Source: Parachlamydiales bacterium (GTDB lineage Bacteria > Chlamydiota > Chlamydiia > Chlamydiales > Rhabdochlamydiaceae). Taken from it: a stretch of DNA of 64,000 bases. The stretch is taken from positions 1,248,001 to 1,312,000 of the forward strand of contig OY970065.1 in NCBI GenBank assembly GCA_963705295.1, written 5' to 3'. The position numbers were made by a program, and so were the translations under genes. The notes below the pieces were generated by a model. That model was not told the DNA's origin, searched no databases, and saw only the letters and a program-made list of their open reading frames with translations. Every line of letters starts with the position of its first letter. Positions within the stretch are counted from its first letter, which is position 1. Below are positions 30,120 through 39,454 of the stretch, piece by piece.

Positions 30120-30168
30120 GACTTGAATATATGCTATAGGTGACAAAGATGCTTGGATGTTGAGATTA

Positions 30169-30331
30169 GTGCCTGACCACAAAAGTCTTTGTCAAGATTT
30201 GCGCCCAGATTTTTCCGCTGGGCACAGCGCGGAGCGCGCCGGCATCTTCGAGCAAGCTGTTAAGCGCGAGCGCGCCGCCCAGCGGAATAAAGATGGGTCA
30301 AAGATTGATAAAGACTTTTGTGGTCAGGCAC
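30169..30331. mobile_element. TA-flanked palindromic element (type D) between convergent genes
   Basis: Arms gtgcctgaccacaaaagtctttgtcaa / ttgataaagacttttgtggtcaggcac; TA at 30167-68 and 30332-33; inner stem ttccgctgggc / gcccagcggaa. Confidence 0.8.
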
Positions 30332-30434
30332 TAGTCTCCAAAGCAAGTGCCCTGTATCAAGGACCATGAGGCGAGGGCGTATGATTGTACGTCGACGTAT
30401 TTCCTCTAATAGGAAGAGAAGCAAACAATATTCA

Positions 30435-31838
30435 TTAAGATAGATTGGGCTCTAGGCCGACGAGGGAATCGGCGAGTTGTTCGTCGGTGAGATTTTGGAG
30501 GTCGGATGCAGGGAGACCTGCGAGTTGGAGGAGGCGGGCTCTTCCGAAGGGATAGAATTTGAGAAATTCGACGATACGTCTGGCAGTATTGACCTTTTTG
30601 GAGTCGTCGCGGCGTGCTGCTTCCATCTCGATACGGACATTGGTGAACCGGTTTTCTATGTCTTGCTTGATCAGGTCGTCGAGCTTATGTTCGGGCTTAT
30701 CGACGATGGCCTGGTAATGTTGGGCTCCGTCATAAAGAACAATGGAGATGTTCTCCAGAGGGAGGCGGCTATCTGGAGACTCGAGATTAAGTTCCACTTT
30801 AAAGTTATGACTCAGAGCATAGATTTTGAATTGATCGCCCTCTTTTTGGAGGATAATAAACGGGATCTCTAAAGCCATAAAGAACGGTAGGTCTAACATT
30901 TCGCCATCTTGAGAGATGAGATTGGCATACGCATTGACGAGGTCCTCTCTTTCTTCATTGGTGAAATGGTCTTGATCGACTTTCAGCTGAGATTGCTGGT
31001 GAGCTTTTTTATACTCTCTTAAGGCAATCAGAATGATATCCCAGCAAGGACTATTGATCGGCTGATGTGCTTGGACGGGTTGTCTAAAAGCGGGGTTGTG
31101 GCGGATTTGGTCTGCAGCTTTTTTGACGAGGGCACTAGCTAGAACATCCCGGAGGTCGCTTTTTTGTTTCCAATCTATTGGAAGATAGCTTGCGAGTCCA
31201 TGGCGTGAAGCAATCGCATCGGCGTTATTACCAGGACTCTTGAGCTCTCGCTCTATGATAGAAAGAGCAGCACACCGATTGCCTCGAGATCCGGCATCTA
31301 TAACAGGTGAAGCCGTTTGAGGGGCAGGAGCGGAAGATATCCGTTTTTTCTTAGGTGCGAGATATTTGGGATTTTCAAAAAGAGGGTTCGTCAATCTATC
31401 GAGCACTTGAACATGGGGAAAAATAGGCAGGAGGTCAGCGGGCTCATAATCTTCTGTGTTGAGAACCGACGTTTGACCGGCTTGAGTTGTCGATTCTAGT
31501 CGTTTTGGTTGAAGTTGAGGGAGTGGGGGTTTGGAGAACACCCTTTGAAAGAAGGTCGTCGAAGGCTCGACCTTTTCAAGTTCAAGCGTGAACTTGGAGG
31601 CGGTTTCCCCCGGTTTAAGCTTTTGATAAATTTGAGCGCATTGCTGGGCGATTTGGCCCATATCGATATCTGCAGGATCGATATCTTGCCACTCCGACTC
31701 TTTCGAAACTCGTATTTGTAAGTGGGTGATTCTAAAACGCTTACCGTTTATATTAAGCAGGTTGGCGTTTTGTGTCGATTGTGAAGGTTTTAAATCGACG
31801 ACGACATGCTCACCGGTGTTGATAGTTGTAACGCTCAT
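30435..31838 (-). CDS. hypothetical effector-like protein with OTU-like cysteine protease motifs
   Basis: DAGSRGNRCAALSI and LYDGAQHYQAI resemble OTU Cys and His boxes. Confidence 0.55.
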   Translation of the reverse strand: MSVTTINTGEHVVVDLKPSQSTQNANLLNINGKRFRITHLQIRVSKESEWQDIDPADIDMGQIAQQCAQIYQKLKPGETASKFTLELEKVEPSTTFFQRVFSKPPLPQLQPKRLESTTQAGQTSVLNTEDYEPADLLPIFPHVQVLDRLTNPLFENPKYLAPKKKRISSAPAPQTASPVIDAGSRGNRCAALSIIERELKSPGNNADAIASRHGLASYLPIDWKQKSDLRDVLASALVKKAADQIRHNPAFRQPVQAHQPINSPCWDIILIALREYKKAHQQSQLKVDQDHFTNEEREDLVNAYANLISQDGEMLDLPFFMALEIPFIILQKEGDQFKIYALSHNFKVELNLESPDSRLPLENISIVLYDGAQHYQAIVDKPEHKLDDLIKQDIENRFTNVRIEMEAARRDDSKKVNTARRIVEFLKFYPFGRARLLQLAGLPASDLQNLTDEQLADSLVGLEPNLS

Positions 31839-31899
31839 AATTAAATTTTAACAAATTTCATTATTATAATATATATTAATTGAACTATACTGAATCAAT

Positions 31900-33345
31900 A
31901 TGGCTACACTTCAAGATGTAACATCTTCCAGATCAAGAGGGGCTATGAACCCTCATATTACGCAACCTTTTGAGAATCAAGAGGTTTATCATGAATTGAC
32001 GCGGCGGCTACCTCCGGAAGAACTGCAGGATGTTGAGGAACACTTGAGCCATGTGACGGAGGAGCATGTCGAGCGGCTGTGCGCGGCGCTCGAGAGGCAA
32101 AATTGGGATGCGGCTGTGTTTCAGGAAGAGAAGTATCCGTATTATGCATTGAAGGCGGTGCAGGGGAAGAAAATATCTCTGAAGCAGTTTACAACGGTGA
32201 TGTTCCACTGGGTGAATTTCACGAAAAACAAAAAAAAATACAGGTTTATTCCTCTTTTTGGGAGAGATGGGAAAGTCGATCGGCAGGCGCGGGAATTGAT
32301 ACGGCAAACGCTTGTCCACAAAACTCCTCTTCCTGAGCATTCCCAGGCTACAAAAAATGTGGCATTCTTTCTCGGATATGAGATCGACCTCTCGGATAAA
32401 GAGAGTTGTTATCTGACAGATCAGCAGTTTAAAGCATTCATTGAGGAGATGAGAAACGAGCCCGTTTCAGAGCAAAATTTCTTTCTTTTTGATCTGGAAG
32501 AGGCTCCATCGATAGCCAAAGCCATTCATGACAATGGTATCAATGTCTTCGGACAGACTAGAGAGGGGTGGATGGTTCCCTCCTTTTCGATGATGCAAGC
32601 ATATTTGAAGGTTAAATTTGGCTCGAGGGCACTCCATTTAAAGTCTGTACTCGGATTTTCATCACCACGCGATATCCGCAATGGGATTTTGACGGATGAG
32701 CGAGATCTTGCAGTCCCTTTTCCAGGAACGACACTTCCCCCAAAAGCCGACAAATTGGAGGCGCCGGGTTATTTTCTTTGCTGGCACGATTTTTATCATG
32801 CGATCATGGCCTCTTATGTCGTCGCAAAGTACCGGATTCTGCTGATGAAACTCGGGGATGTTGCTGAGAGTTTTTATAATCAAACGGGATATAAATTAGC
32901 ACATGAGTTTGCTGGAATTCTCTATGATATGGAACATTCTCTTTTCCGCGATGAAGTGCTCGCTTCTGTTTCTAAAGCGCGGAGAAAAGATATGAATTAT
33001 TCATTTTGGTATACGCTCGCGATCGGCTTTACGATTGCAAAAACACGGACGACCGAAGTAGGAGACATACTTATTATTAATCCAGAGGAGAGACAGTTTT
33101 TAGGAGAAGTGATTTCGAAAATTCCCTACGACCTTGAATACAAAGAATGTACAGGAGAGGCCCATCTTGCTGTGCTAGAAAAAGCCAAGAAAGATCGAGA
33201 AGCCATTCAAAAAAAGGGACTTATATATCCGCCGGGTATCTTCGCTCCTCTAGAAGAAACGTACACAGATTTAGTAAGCAGGAATCTCTTCAAAGTCATG
33301 CACGATCTTTGGACGAGCTCAAACGCTTTTTCCAAGCTTCACTGA
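31900..33345 (+). CDS. hypothetical protein with HDFYH and DME motifs
   Basis: 481 aa ORF, full-length paralog of 33296-34768. Confidence 0.75.
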   Translation: MATLQDVTSSRSRGAMNPHITQPFENQEVYHELTRRLPPEELQDVEEHLSHVTEEHVERLCAALERQNWDAAVFQEEKYPYYALKAVQGKKISLKQFTTVMFHWVNFTKNKKKYRFIPLFGRDGKVDRQARELIRQTLVHKTPLPEHSQATKNVAFFLGYEIDLSDKESCYLTDQQFKAFIEEMRNEPVSEQNFFLFDLEEAPSIAKAIHDNGINVFGQTREGWMVPSFSMMQAYLKVKFGSRALHLKSVLGFSSPRDIRNGILTDERDLAVPFPGTTLPPKADKLEAPGYFLCWHDFYHAIMASYVVAKYRILLMKLGDVAESFYNQTGYKLAHEFAGILYDMEHSLFRDEVLASVSKARRKDMNYSFWYTLAIGFTIAKTRTTEVGDILIINPEERQFLGEVISKIPYDLEYKECTGEAHLAVLEKAKKDREAIQKKGLIYPPGIFAPLEETYTDLVSRNLFKVMHDLWTSSNAFSKLH

Positions 33346-34768
33346 GTACACGGTAAATATTATTATCTCTTAGATCTCGGATCTCAGGTCTCGGATCGTT
33401 TAAAATAATCGTGTATGGAGGATAAGCTGCAACTTGCCTATCAGCTTCTCGATGAGCTTCATCGAGATGTTTCATAAATGCATCGTCTTCTTGCGTCCGC
33501 CCTTGCTTATATTTTTCGTTGATAGGAATAAAAGAGAGGAGACTTTCCAGGAAATTTCTTTCTTCCAGTGAAGTCAGAAGAACAATATGTGGTTTGAAAT
33601 ACCGGTCTATTGGTTTTGTTGCTATTGTTTTTGTCTTTATAAAAAAACCAGCGAGCGCAAGCCAAAATAGATCATTTACTCTTTTAGCTGGATCTGCATC
33701 TTTATAAAATGCATTAAAGAACGCTTCTTGAGATAAAGGTGTCTCCATGTCAATGATCGCTTCATAAAATGTCTTAGCAAAACTCAAGTTGTTTTTTTTG
33801 GAATAATCTTCAGCAAAGTCTGCAATTTTAAACCACAATGCGCGGAATTCTTCACTTAACCCAGAGACTAATAGGAGATGGTAAAAATCATGGAAGCTAA
33901 TCGCAAAACCTGTCGCACCTGCTTGATCAGCTTCTGATGGGAGAGTTGTGAGAGGGAAATGGACGGCCATATCCCTCCTTCTAAATTTCTGGATACCCTC
34001 GTGAATATCTTTTACAGAGGAATAACCAGCGCAGGGATGAGGAAGTACAGCATTGGGTCCATATTTTACCTTCAGAAAGAGATCCATCATTCCTAAGGAT
34101 GGTCTCATGGCTCCTTCGTCTGTCTGATAAAAAATATTGATTCCAACTTTATGGATAACCTGTACAATTTCAGGGGTTTCTTTTTCTTGTTTTATGAAGA
34201 AACACCGCTCTGAAGGTCGAAGTTCTTCTCTCGCCCTTCTGAAGAATTCATGGAGTTCTTCATCTGTCATAAAAGTTGTATGGGGATCAATTTCTGGTAA
34301 AGAACATTGAATTCCAGGAATAGAAATTTCTGGTTGTCTGAAAATCATTGTCTGACGGATCAGGTCCCACGCTTTGGAATTTATCGCTCCATCCACAAAG
34401 AGGGGAACAACTCTTGTCTCACCTCTGGCCTCAATTCCTTCTTTGGAAAACTCAACCCAATAAAACAACACTGTCGTCAGTTGCCTGTCGGTAATTTTCC
34501 CTTTACGAAAGGCCGCTAACGCATAAAAAGGGAATTTTTCCTCATGAAAGACAGGGGCATCCCACTTGAGTTCATTCATGGCACCGATCAGACGGTCGAC
34601 CTGTTCATCCGTGACCTTCGCAAGTTCTTGCTCGACTGCCAAAAGTTCGTCGGATGGAAGTCTCCGTGTAAATTCTCTATAACCGTCTTCATAGCTACCG
34701 GTTTGAGAGACTGGAGATGAGTTGAAAAAGATACCTTGAGAAGAGCTCGTTACGGGTGAAGTTGCCAT
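33296..34768 (-). CDS. hypothetical protein with HDFYH and DME motifs, convergent paralog
   Basis: 490 aa ORF; shared Y.E.TRRLP, EK.P.YAL.A, HDFYH, DME. Confidence 0.75.
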   Translation of the reverse strand: MATSPVTSSSQGIFFNSSPVSQTGSYEDGYREFTRRLPSDELLAVEQELAKVTDEQVDRLIGAMNELKWDAPVFHEEKFPFYALAAFRKGKITDRQLTTVLFYWVEFSKEGIEARGETRVVPLFVDGAINSKAWDLIRQTMIFRQPEISIPGIQCSLPEIDPHTTFMTDEELHEFFRRAREELRPSERCFFIKQEKETPEIVQVIHKVGINIFYQTDEGAMRPSLGMMDLFLKVKYGPNAVLPHPCAGYSSVKDIHEGIQKFRRRDMAVHFPLTTLPSEADQAGATGFAISFHDFYHLLLVSGLSEEFRALWFKIADFAEDYSKKNNLSFAKTFYEAIIDMETPLSQEAFFNAFYKDADPAKRVNDLFWLALAGFFIKTKTIATKPIDRYFKPHIVLLTSLEERNFLESLLSFIPINEKYKQGRTQEDDAFMKHLDEAHREADRQVAAYPPYTIILNDPRPEIRDLRDNNIYRVLSEAWKKRLSSSKDRA

Positions 34769-34905
34769 TGTATTACCTATTTTAATTATTCAAATACTTA
34801 TTATATTCCTTTAATTAATTTATTTACGAGCTAATTCTATCATCCTTATGATTAGAGTGTTAAAATTAAGTTTATTTGTTTTCAAGTATTTGTTATAATT
34901 TTAAC

Positions 34906-37068
34906 ATGACAATGCCCCCAATAGAATTAAATAAATTAAACCGTTTTAATATAGAGCACCCCACACTCAGCAGAAGCAAACTTGTTCCTTTGGTCAATGC
35001 ACTCCTCAAAACGTGGTGTAGTCCAGAAGCACACGAGAGATTTACCCGAATATTCGATGCTTGTCAATTGGGGAACGATGGTTTCTCTTGGTGTGATCCA
35101 GCCCGTTTACTTTCTGTACTGGTGTCTCCCATCGATCGATTCCGCAGTTCGAACACATTAGAAGACAAAATCTTTCTCCGAACATCTGATCCTGACTCTT
35201 TATTATTGGTGGCATCTAGAAAAAACCTACCATTAGAGTTATCATCTTCGGAAAAAGAGGTTATTTTGGAAGGGGTAAGCGAAGAGGCCCTTTTCCAAAT
35301 CGTCAAGTACTTGGAGACGGGGGTTGCCGAATTTATTAACCCGAGGGGTCAAAAGGTGACAAGATGCGCTGCGAGGCAAAGCCAGATTGATTCTCGCGAG
35401 GATTACATTCTTGAATACGAAGGATTCCGAGCGAGAATCGATATGGCAAAGCCGCAGCAAGCAGGTTGTCACCTTTTGACCCCTCGGGTTAATAACAGTG
35501 AAACAATTGGTGAAGTCTTCCAGTTTGCTCAAAAATACAAGAATTCAGATTTAATGGATCTCTCTTCTAAGTGTATATTGTTTGACCTTAATAAGACCAT
35601 TAGAACTGCGTTCGAAATACATTCGAATAAAGGTATTGTTAAAATAGCTGTCGAAACAATTTTAGATGACCCTGCTAAAATTGGTGAGTGGAGAGCTTGG
35701 GTGCAAGATCACCCTCCTCCAGCTGGTTATCTTGCTCTTCAGGAATCTTTATGTGTTGCTATGGAGCGATTTCATCTGTGTAGAGCTCATGCCAATCCTG
35801 TCATCATCAGAACATCTCATTCTTTATTATTGGTGGCTTCTCGAGACAATTTAAAAACTTCAGAAAAGGAGATTATTTTTGGAGGGATCAGCGATGAGTC
35901 CCTGATCAAACTCTCTGAGTTTTTTGAAACCGGCAACGTCGAAATCTCTGATGAAGATATAGCTATCGAAATCTATCCAGTGGCTCAAAAATATCAGATG
36001 TCAAGCTTGATGAAACTCTGCTACCCCCAGTTGCTACGGACGGTAACCTCTTTAAATAGAGCGCTTCGTTATTATTCCGAAGGGGAGGAACCATTATCTC
36101 AGGCTAGGAAGCGATTTGACCAATGTCAAACTTTGCTTCAATTAAATCCTGTCGTAATTCAGTCGGCGGACCCGGACTCTGTCCCGTATGTTCTTTCATC
36201 CGGAGAAAAACTTAAGCACCGGAGCCTTGCGTTGAAGGAAATCTGTGAAAGCACGCTGTTTAAAGGCAAAGCCATTTTTGAGGGTTTCAGTTCAGAAGCA
36301 TTGTATGAGATTGCTCAAGCTTTAGAAACCGGCGGATGTGCATTCTTCGGAGAAAACATACTCCCTGCCTATCTTTTTTTCTCAATGTTTGGATGTGAGG
36401 AGCTGAGAAAAGAATGTTTGGAAACAATCCTTGAAAATTTAAATTCCTCTCTTTTAGCTGTTCTAGAGTTTGCACTAGACATTGAAGATAAAGTACTTCT
36501 TACAGCACTGATGACAGAGGCGGCAAATTCCATTTATGGTCTACGGGGCTGCTCGGATGAAGTCTCAGATATTCTTTACCTGATTAGAAAAATATACAAT
36601 TGCAAAGCCGTAAAACTGGAGAGGGACGGTTTTGACGTTCATCTGCGCCTGAACACTCAAGATAAATCGGAGGGTCTTTTCTATCTGATAAAGTGTTTAT
36701 TTAGAGAGAGGCTGCATCTGACTAAAATGACTTTTGAGTGCAACAGTCCAGATGAAGCCCGTGAACACGGTAAGGTTTTGAGGGAATTTGGAAAAACGTC
36801 GAACTTGCGCGCGTTAAATCTCGTCACCAATAACCAACAAGTTCTCGAATTTATAATCTCAAGCCTCCCTGGCACTAACATTTCTCACTTCTCGGTCAAA
36901 ATGGAGGGAAGTATTACGAATTTAAATAATTTAGAAGATGCCTCTACTCTCACGCACTTAACCCTTAGAGCGACCGAGGTATTAAAAAATCAAATTTTAG
37001 AGAAAATAAATGCAGAGCGGATGCTCAGGAGAAAACCGGCACTTGTCGTAGAGTTCATTCCACTGTAA
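34906..37068 (+). CDS. triple BTB/POZ-like repeat protein with a 53 aa in-frame element insert
   Basis: Three repeats of G.S.E.L.....(L/F)ETG; paralog of 1-1780; insert at 35336-35494. Confidence 0.75.
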   Translation: MTMPPIELNKLNRFNIEHPTLSRSKLVPLVNALLKTWCSPEAHERFTRIFDACQLGNDGFSWCDPARLLSVLVSPIDRFRSSNTLEDKIFLRTSDPDSLLLVASRKNLPLELSSSEKEVILEGVSEEALFQIVKYLETGVAEFINPRGQKVTRCAARQSQIDSREDYILEYEGFRARIDMAKPQQAGCHLLTPRVNNSETIGEVFQFAQKYKNSDLMDLSSKCILFDLNKTIRTAFEIHSNKGIVKIAVETILDDPAKIGEWRAWVQDHPPPAGYLALQESLCVAMERFHLCRAHANPVIIRTSHSLLLVASRDNLKTSEKEIIFGGISDESLIKLSEFFETGNVEISDEDIAIEIYPVAQKYQMSSLMKLCYPQLLRTVTSLNRALRYYSEGEEPLSQARKRFDQCQTLLQLNPVVIQSADPDSVPYVLSSGEKLKHRSLALKEICESTLFKGKAIFEGFSSEALYEIAQALETGGCAFFGENILPAYLFFSMFGCEELRKECLETILENLNSSLLAVLEFALDIEDKVLLTALMTEAANSIYGLRGCSDEVSDILYLIRKIYNCKAVKLERDGFDVHLRLNTQDKSEGLFYLIKCLFRERLHLTKMTFECNSPDEAREHGKVLREFGKTSNLRALNLVTNNQQVLEFIISSLPGTNISHFSVKMEGSITNLNNLEDASTLTHLTLRATEVLKNQILEKINAERMLRRKPALVVEFIPL
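35336..35492. mobile_element. TA-flanked palindromic element (type B), in-frame
   Basis: Perfect 27 bp arms ttaacccgaggggtcaaaaggtgacaa; TA at 35334-35 and 35493-94; net 159 bp. Confidence 0.92.
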
Positions 37069-38881
37069 CGGATTTTGCGAGATTGCGGGGATGGTCGATA
37101 TCTCTTCCGAGTTCTAGGGCGATGTAATAGGCGAAGAGCTGAGTCGCGACGGAAAAGGGGATAGGGGCCAGGGCGTCGGAACATGAAGGGAGATAGATCA
37201 CGTCGTCTGCGAGGTTGTCGATATCTGGGGTATCTTCGAAGGCGAAGGCTAGGATGGGTGCGCCGCGGGATTTGACTTCGGTGAGATTGCTGATCATTTT
37301 ATCGAGAGTGCGCCGGTTACCACAAAGACCGATGATGGGGAGATTTTCATCGACCAGAGCAATCGGACCATGTTTCATTTCACCTGCTGCACATCCTGTG
37401 GCTTCCCGATACGCAATTTCTTTGAGTTTGAGAGCCGCTTCTAGGCTGCTGGGATGCATGAAATGCCTGCCGAGGAAAAAGAAGTGGGAATATTTGCTGT
37501 ACCGGGCCGCAACTTCAGCGATGGCTTCATGTTGAGATAAGACTTTCTCAACGAGGGATGGAAGTAGGCGGATGTCATTTAAAAGTTCCTGTCCTTCTTC
37601 CTTGCTAAGATGCCGCTGCCGTCCCATCAATACTGCGAAAAGTGAAAGAACGGTGATTTGACTGGTGAACGCCTTCGTTGAACAGACGCTGATCTCAGGA
37701 CCAGCCCGTAGAAAAATCGTCGTATCGGCTTCCCGCGTCAGAGTCGAATTTTTGACATTGCAAATCGCAATGACCTGGGCCCCTTTTTGCTTCACTTCAC
37801 GGACTGCCGCTATCGTATCGAGGGTTTCTCCGGATTGGCTGATGGCTATGACAAGGGTATTTTCAGAGATAATCGGATTTTTGTACCGGAACTCGGAAGC
37901 GATTTCGACTTGGCACGGAATCCGGGCTTTTTCCTCGAGATGAAATGCTGCAATACACCCCGCATGCCATGAGGTGCCGCAAGCTAAAATCAAGATTCTT
38001 TTGACGGCTTGCAAATCTTGAGGGGTGAGATGAAAATTTTCGAACTCGACCGTGCCAAAATCTTCGATAAAACGGTTATGCAACGCTTGCTGGAGGGTTT
38101 GGGGTTGCTCGAAGATCTCTTTGAGCATGTAATGCTCAAAAGCCCCTTTCGAGCGGCTATAATTTTCAAGTCCCAGTTTTTCAGGAATTTTGGCGATAGG
38201 GGAGCTGCTCGGATCCAAAATTTCGATTTTATCGGCTTGGATCACCGCGAGTTCATCGCTCCTGAGAAACAAAACATCGAGATCGGAGCTATGGAACGCG
38301 TTTGGATCGGAGGAAATAAACGCCTCTCCAGATTTAAAACCAATCGCGAGAGGATTTTCCCTGGCTGCCGCAATGATCGTATCGGGATGATCTTGATGAA
38401 CGACGGCAATTCCCCAAAATCCTTGCAGAAGCGAAAGGGCTTTTTGAGTTGCTGCCACCAAGTCGCCGGTATAAAAATGGGCGATGAGCTGCGCAATCAC
38501 CTCGGTGTCGGTGTCCGATTGGAATTTTCGACCATTGCCCTGGAGCATTTCTCTTAAAGGTCTGTGATTCTCGATGATCCCGTTGTGAACAACGGCGACG
38601 TGCAATTTCTCATCAAAATGGGGATGGGCATTTTCCTTTGTTGCTTTTCCATGCGTCGCCCACCGTGTGTGAGCGATAGCAAGCGAAAGGGGAGCGGGGC
38701 TACTTTGCCACGCTTGCTCGAGCTGACGGATTTTCCCCGTCTCTTTCCAAAAACGGAGCTGCCCTTCCGCAACTCCGACGAGTCCTGCAGAATCGTAACC
38801 CCGATATTCGAGCTTTTTAAGCCCTTCCAAACAAATGAGAGCTGAATCGTTCGGGCCAATATATCCGAATATGCCGCACAT
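37055..38881 (-). CDS. glmS: glutamine-fructose-6-phosphate aminotransferase
   Basis: MCGIFG, EYRGYDSAG, HTRWATHG, SQSGET, PRNLAKSVTVE. Confidence 0.97.
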   Translation of the reverse strand: MCGIFGYIGPNDSALICLEGLKKLEYRGYDSAGLVGVAEGQLRFWKETGKIRQLEQAWQSSPAPLSLAIAHTRWATHGKATKENAHPHFDEKLHVAVVHNGIIENHRPLREMLQGNGRKFQSDTDTEVIAQLIAHFYTGDLVAATQKALSLLQGFWGIAVVHQDHPDTIIAAARENPLAIGFKSGEAFISSDPNAFHSSDLDVLFLRSDELAVIQADKIEILDPSSSPIAKIPEKLGLENYSRSKGAFEHYMLKEIFEQPQTLQQALHNRFIEDFGTVEFENFHLTPQDLQAVKRILILACGTSWHAGCIAAFHLEEKARIPCQVEIASEFRYKNPIISENTLVIAISQSGETLDTIAAVREVKQKGAQVIAICNVKNSTLTREADTTIFLRAGPEISVCSTKAFTSQITVLSLFAVLMGRQRHLSKEEGQELLNDIRLLPSLVEKVLSQHEAIAEVAARYSKYSHFFFLGRHFMHPSSLEAALKLKEIAYREATGCAAGEMKHGPIALVDENLPIIGLCGNRRTLDKMISNLTEVKSRGAPILAFAFEDTPDIDNLADDVIYLPSCSDALAPIPFSVATQLFAYYIALELGRDIDHPRNLAKSVTVE

Positions 38882-38898
38882 ATGTTATTAAGATAGAT

Positions 38899-39393
38899 AT
38901 GGAAGCCAAATATGTCAAAGATTCTGCCGTCATCGATCATACCTACAAAGTTTTTCCCAACGATTTGAACTCATACGGGACGGCTTTTGGAGGAATGATC
39001 ATGGCCATTTGTGATCGGACAGCACTCGTGGTTGCTGAGAGACACAGTAAACAGACGTGCGTCACAGCCTCTGTCGACTCGATGCATTTTCTTCGGCCCG
39101 CTGGTCAAGGAGATATTCTCCTTTTTAGCGCAGCCATCAATCGAACCTGGCGATCATCGATGGAAATCGGCGTCAAAGTCATTGCTGAACACTACGAAAC
39201 CGGTGAAAAACGGCACATCCTCTCCGCCTATTTCACCTTCATCGCCATCGATGAAAATAAACAACCCACTGAAGTCCCCGCCATCCTCCCCGATGGCCCT
39301 ATCGAAAAGAGACGGTTTGAAGAAGCCGGCGATAGACGTGAGCGACGCAAAAAAGAAGCCGAAGATCGGAAAGCCAATAGAGCAAGCTCTTAA
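38899..39393 (+). CDS. hotdog-fold acyl-CoA thioesterase (YciA-like)
   Basis: VFPNDLNSYGTAFGG, VTASVD, SSMEIGV, AYFTFIAID. Confidence 0.9.
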   Translation: MEAKYVKDSAVIDHTYKVFPNDLNSYGTAFGGMIMAICDRTALVVAERHSKQTCVTASVDSMHFLRPAGQGDILLFSAAINRTWRSSMEIGVKVIAEHYETGEKRHILSAYFTFIAIDENKQPTEVPAILPDGPIEKRRFEEAGDRRERRKKEAEDRKANRASS

Positions 39394-39454
39394 TCCTCAA
39401 TAACTTCCATTTCAGTTTAAATTAATATTAATATATGATAAAATATTCATTAAT

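Noticed and set aside
30157..30369. 70 aa ORF
   Set aside because: Consists almost entirely of the type D element's open frame
38882..38898. glmS ribozyme upstream of glmS
   Set aside because: Only 17 bp separate glmS from the divergent thioesterase and no ribozyme-like structure is visible
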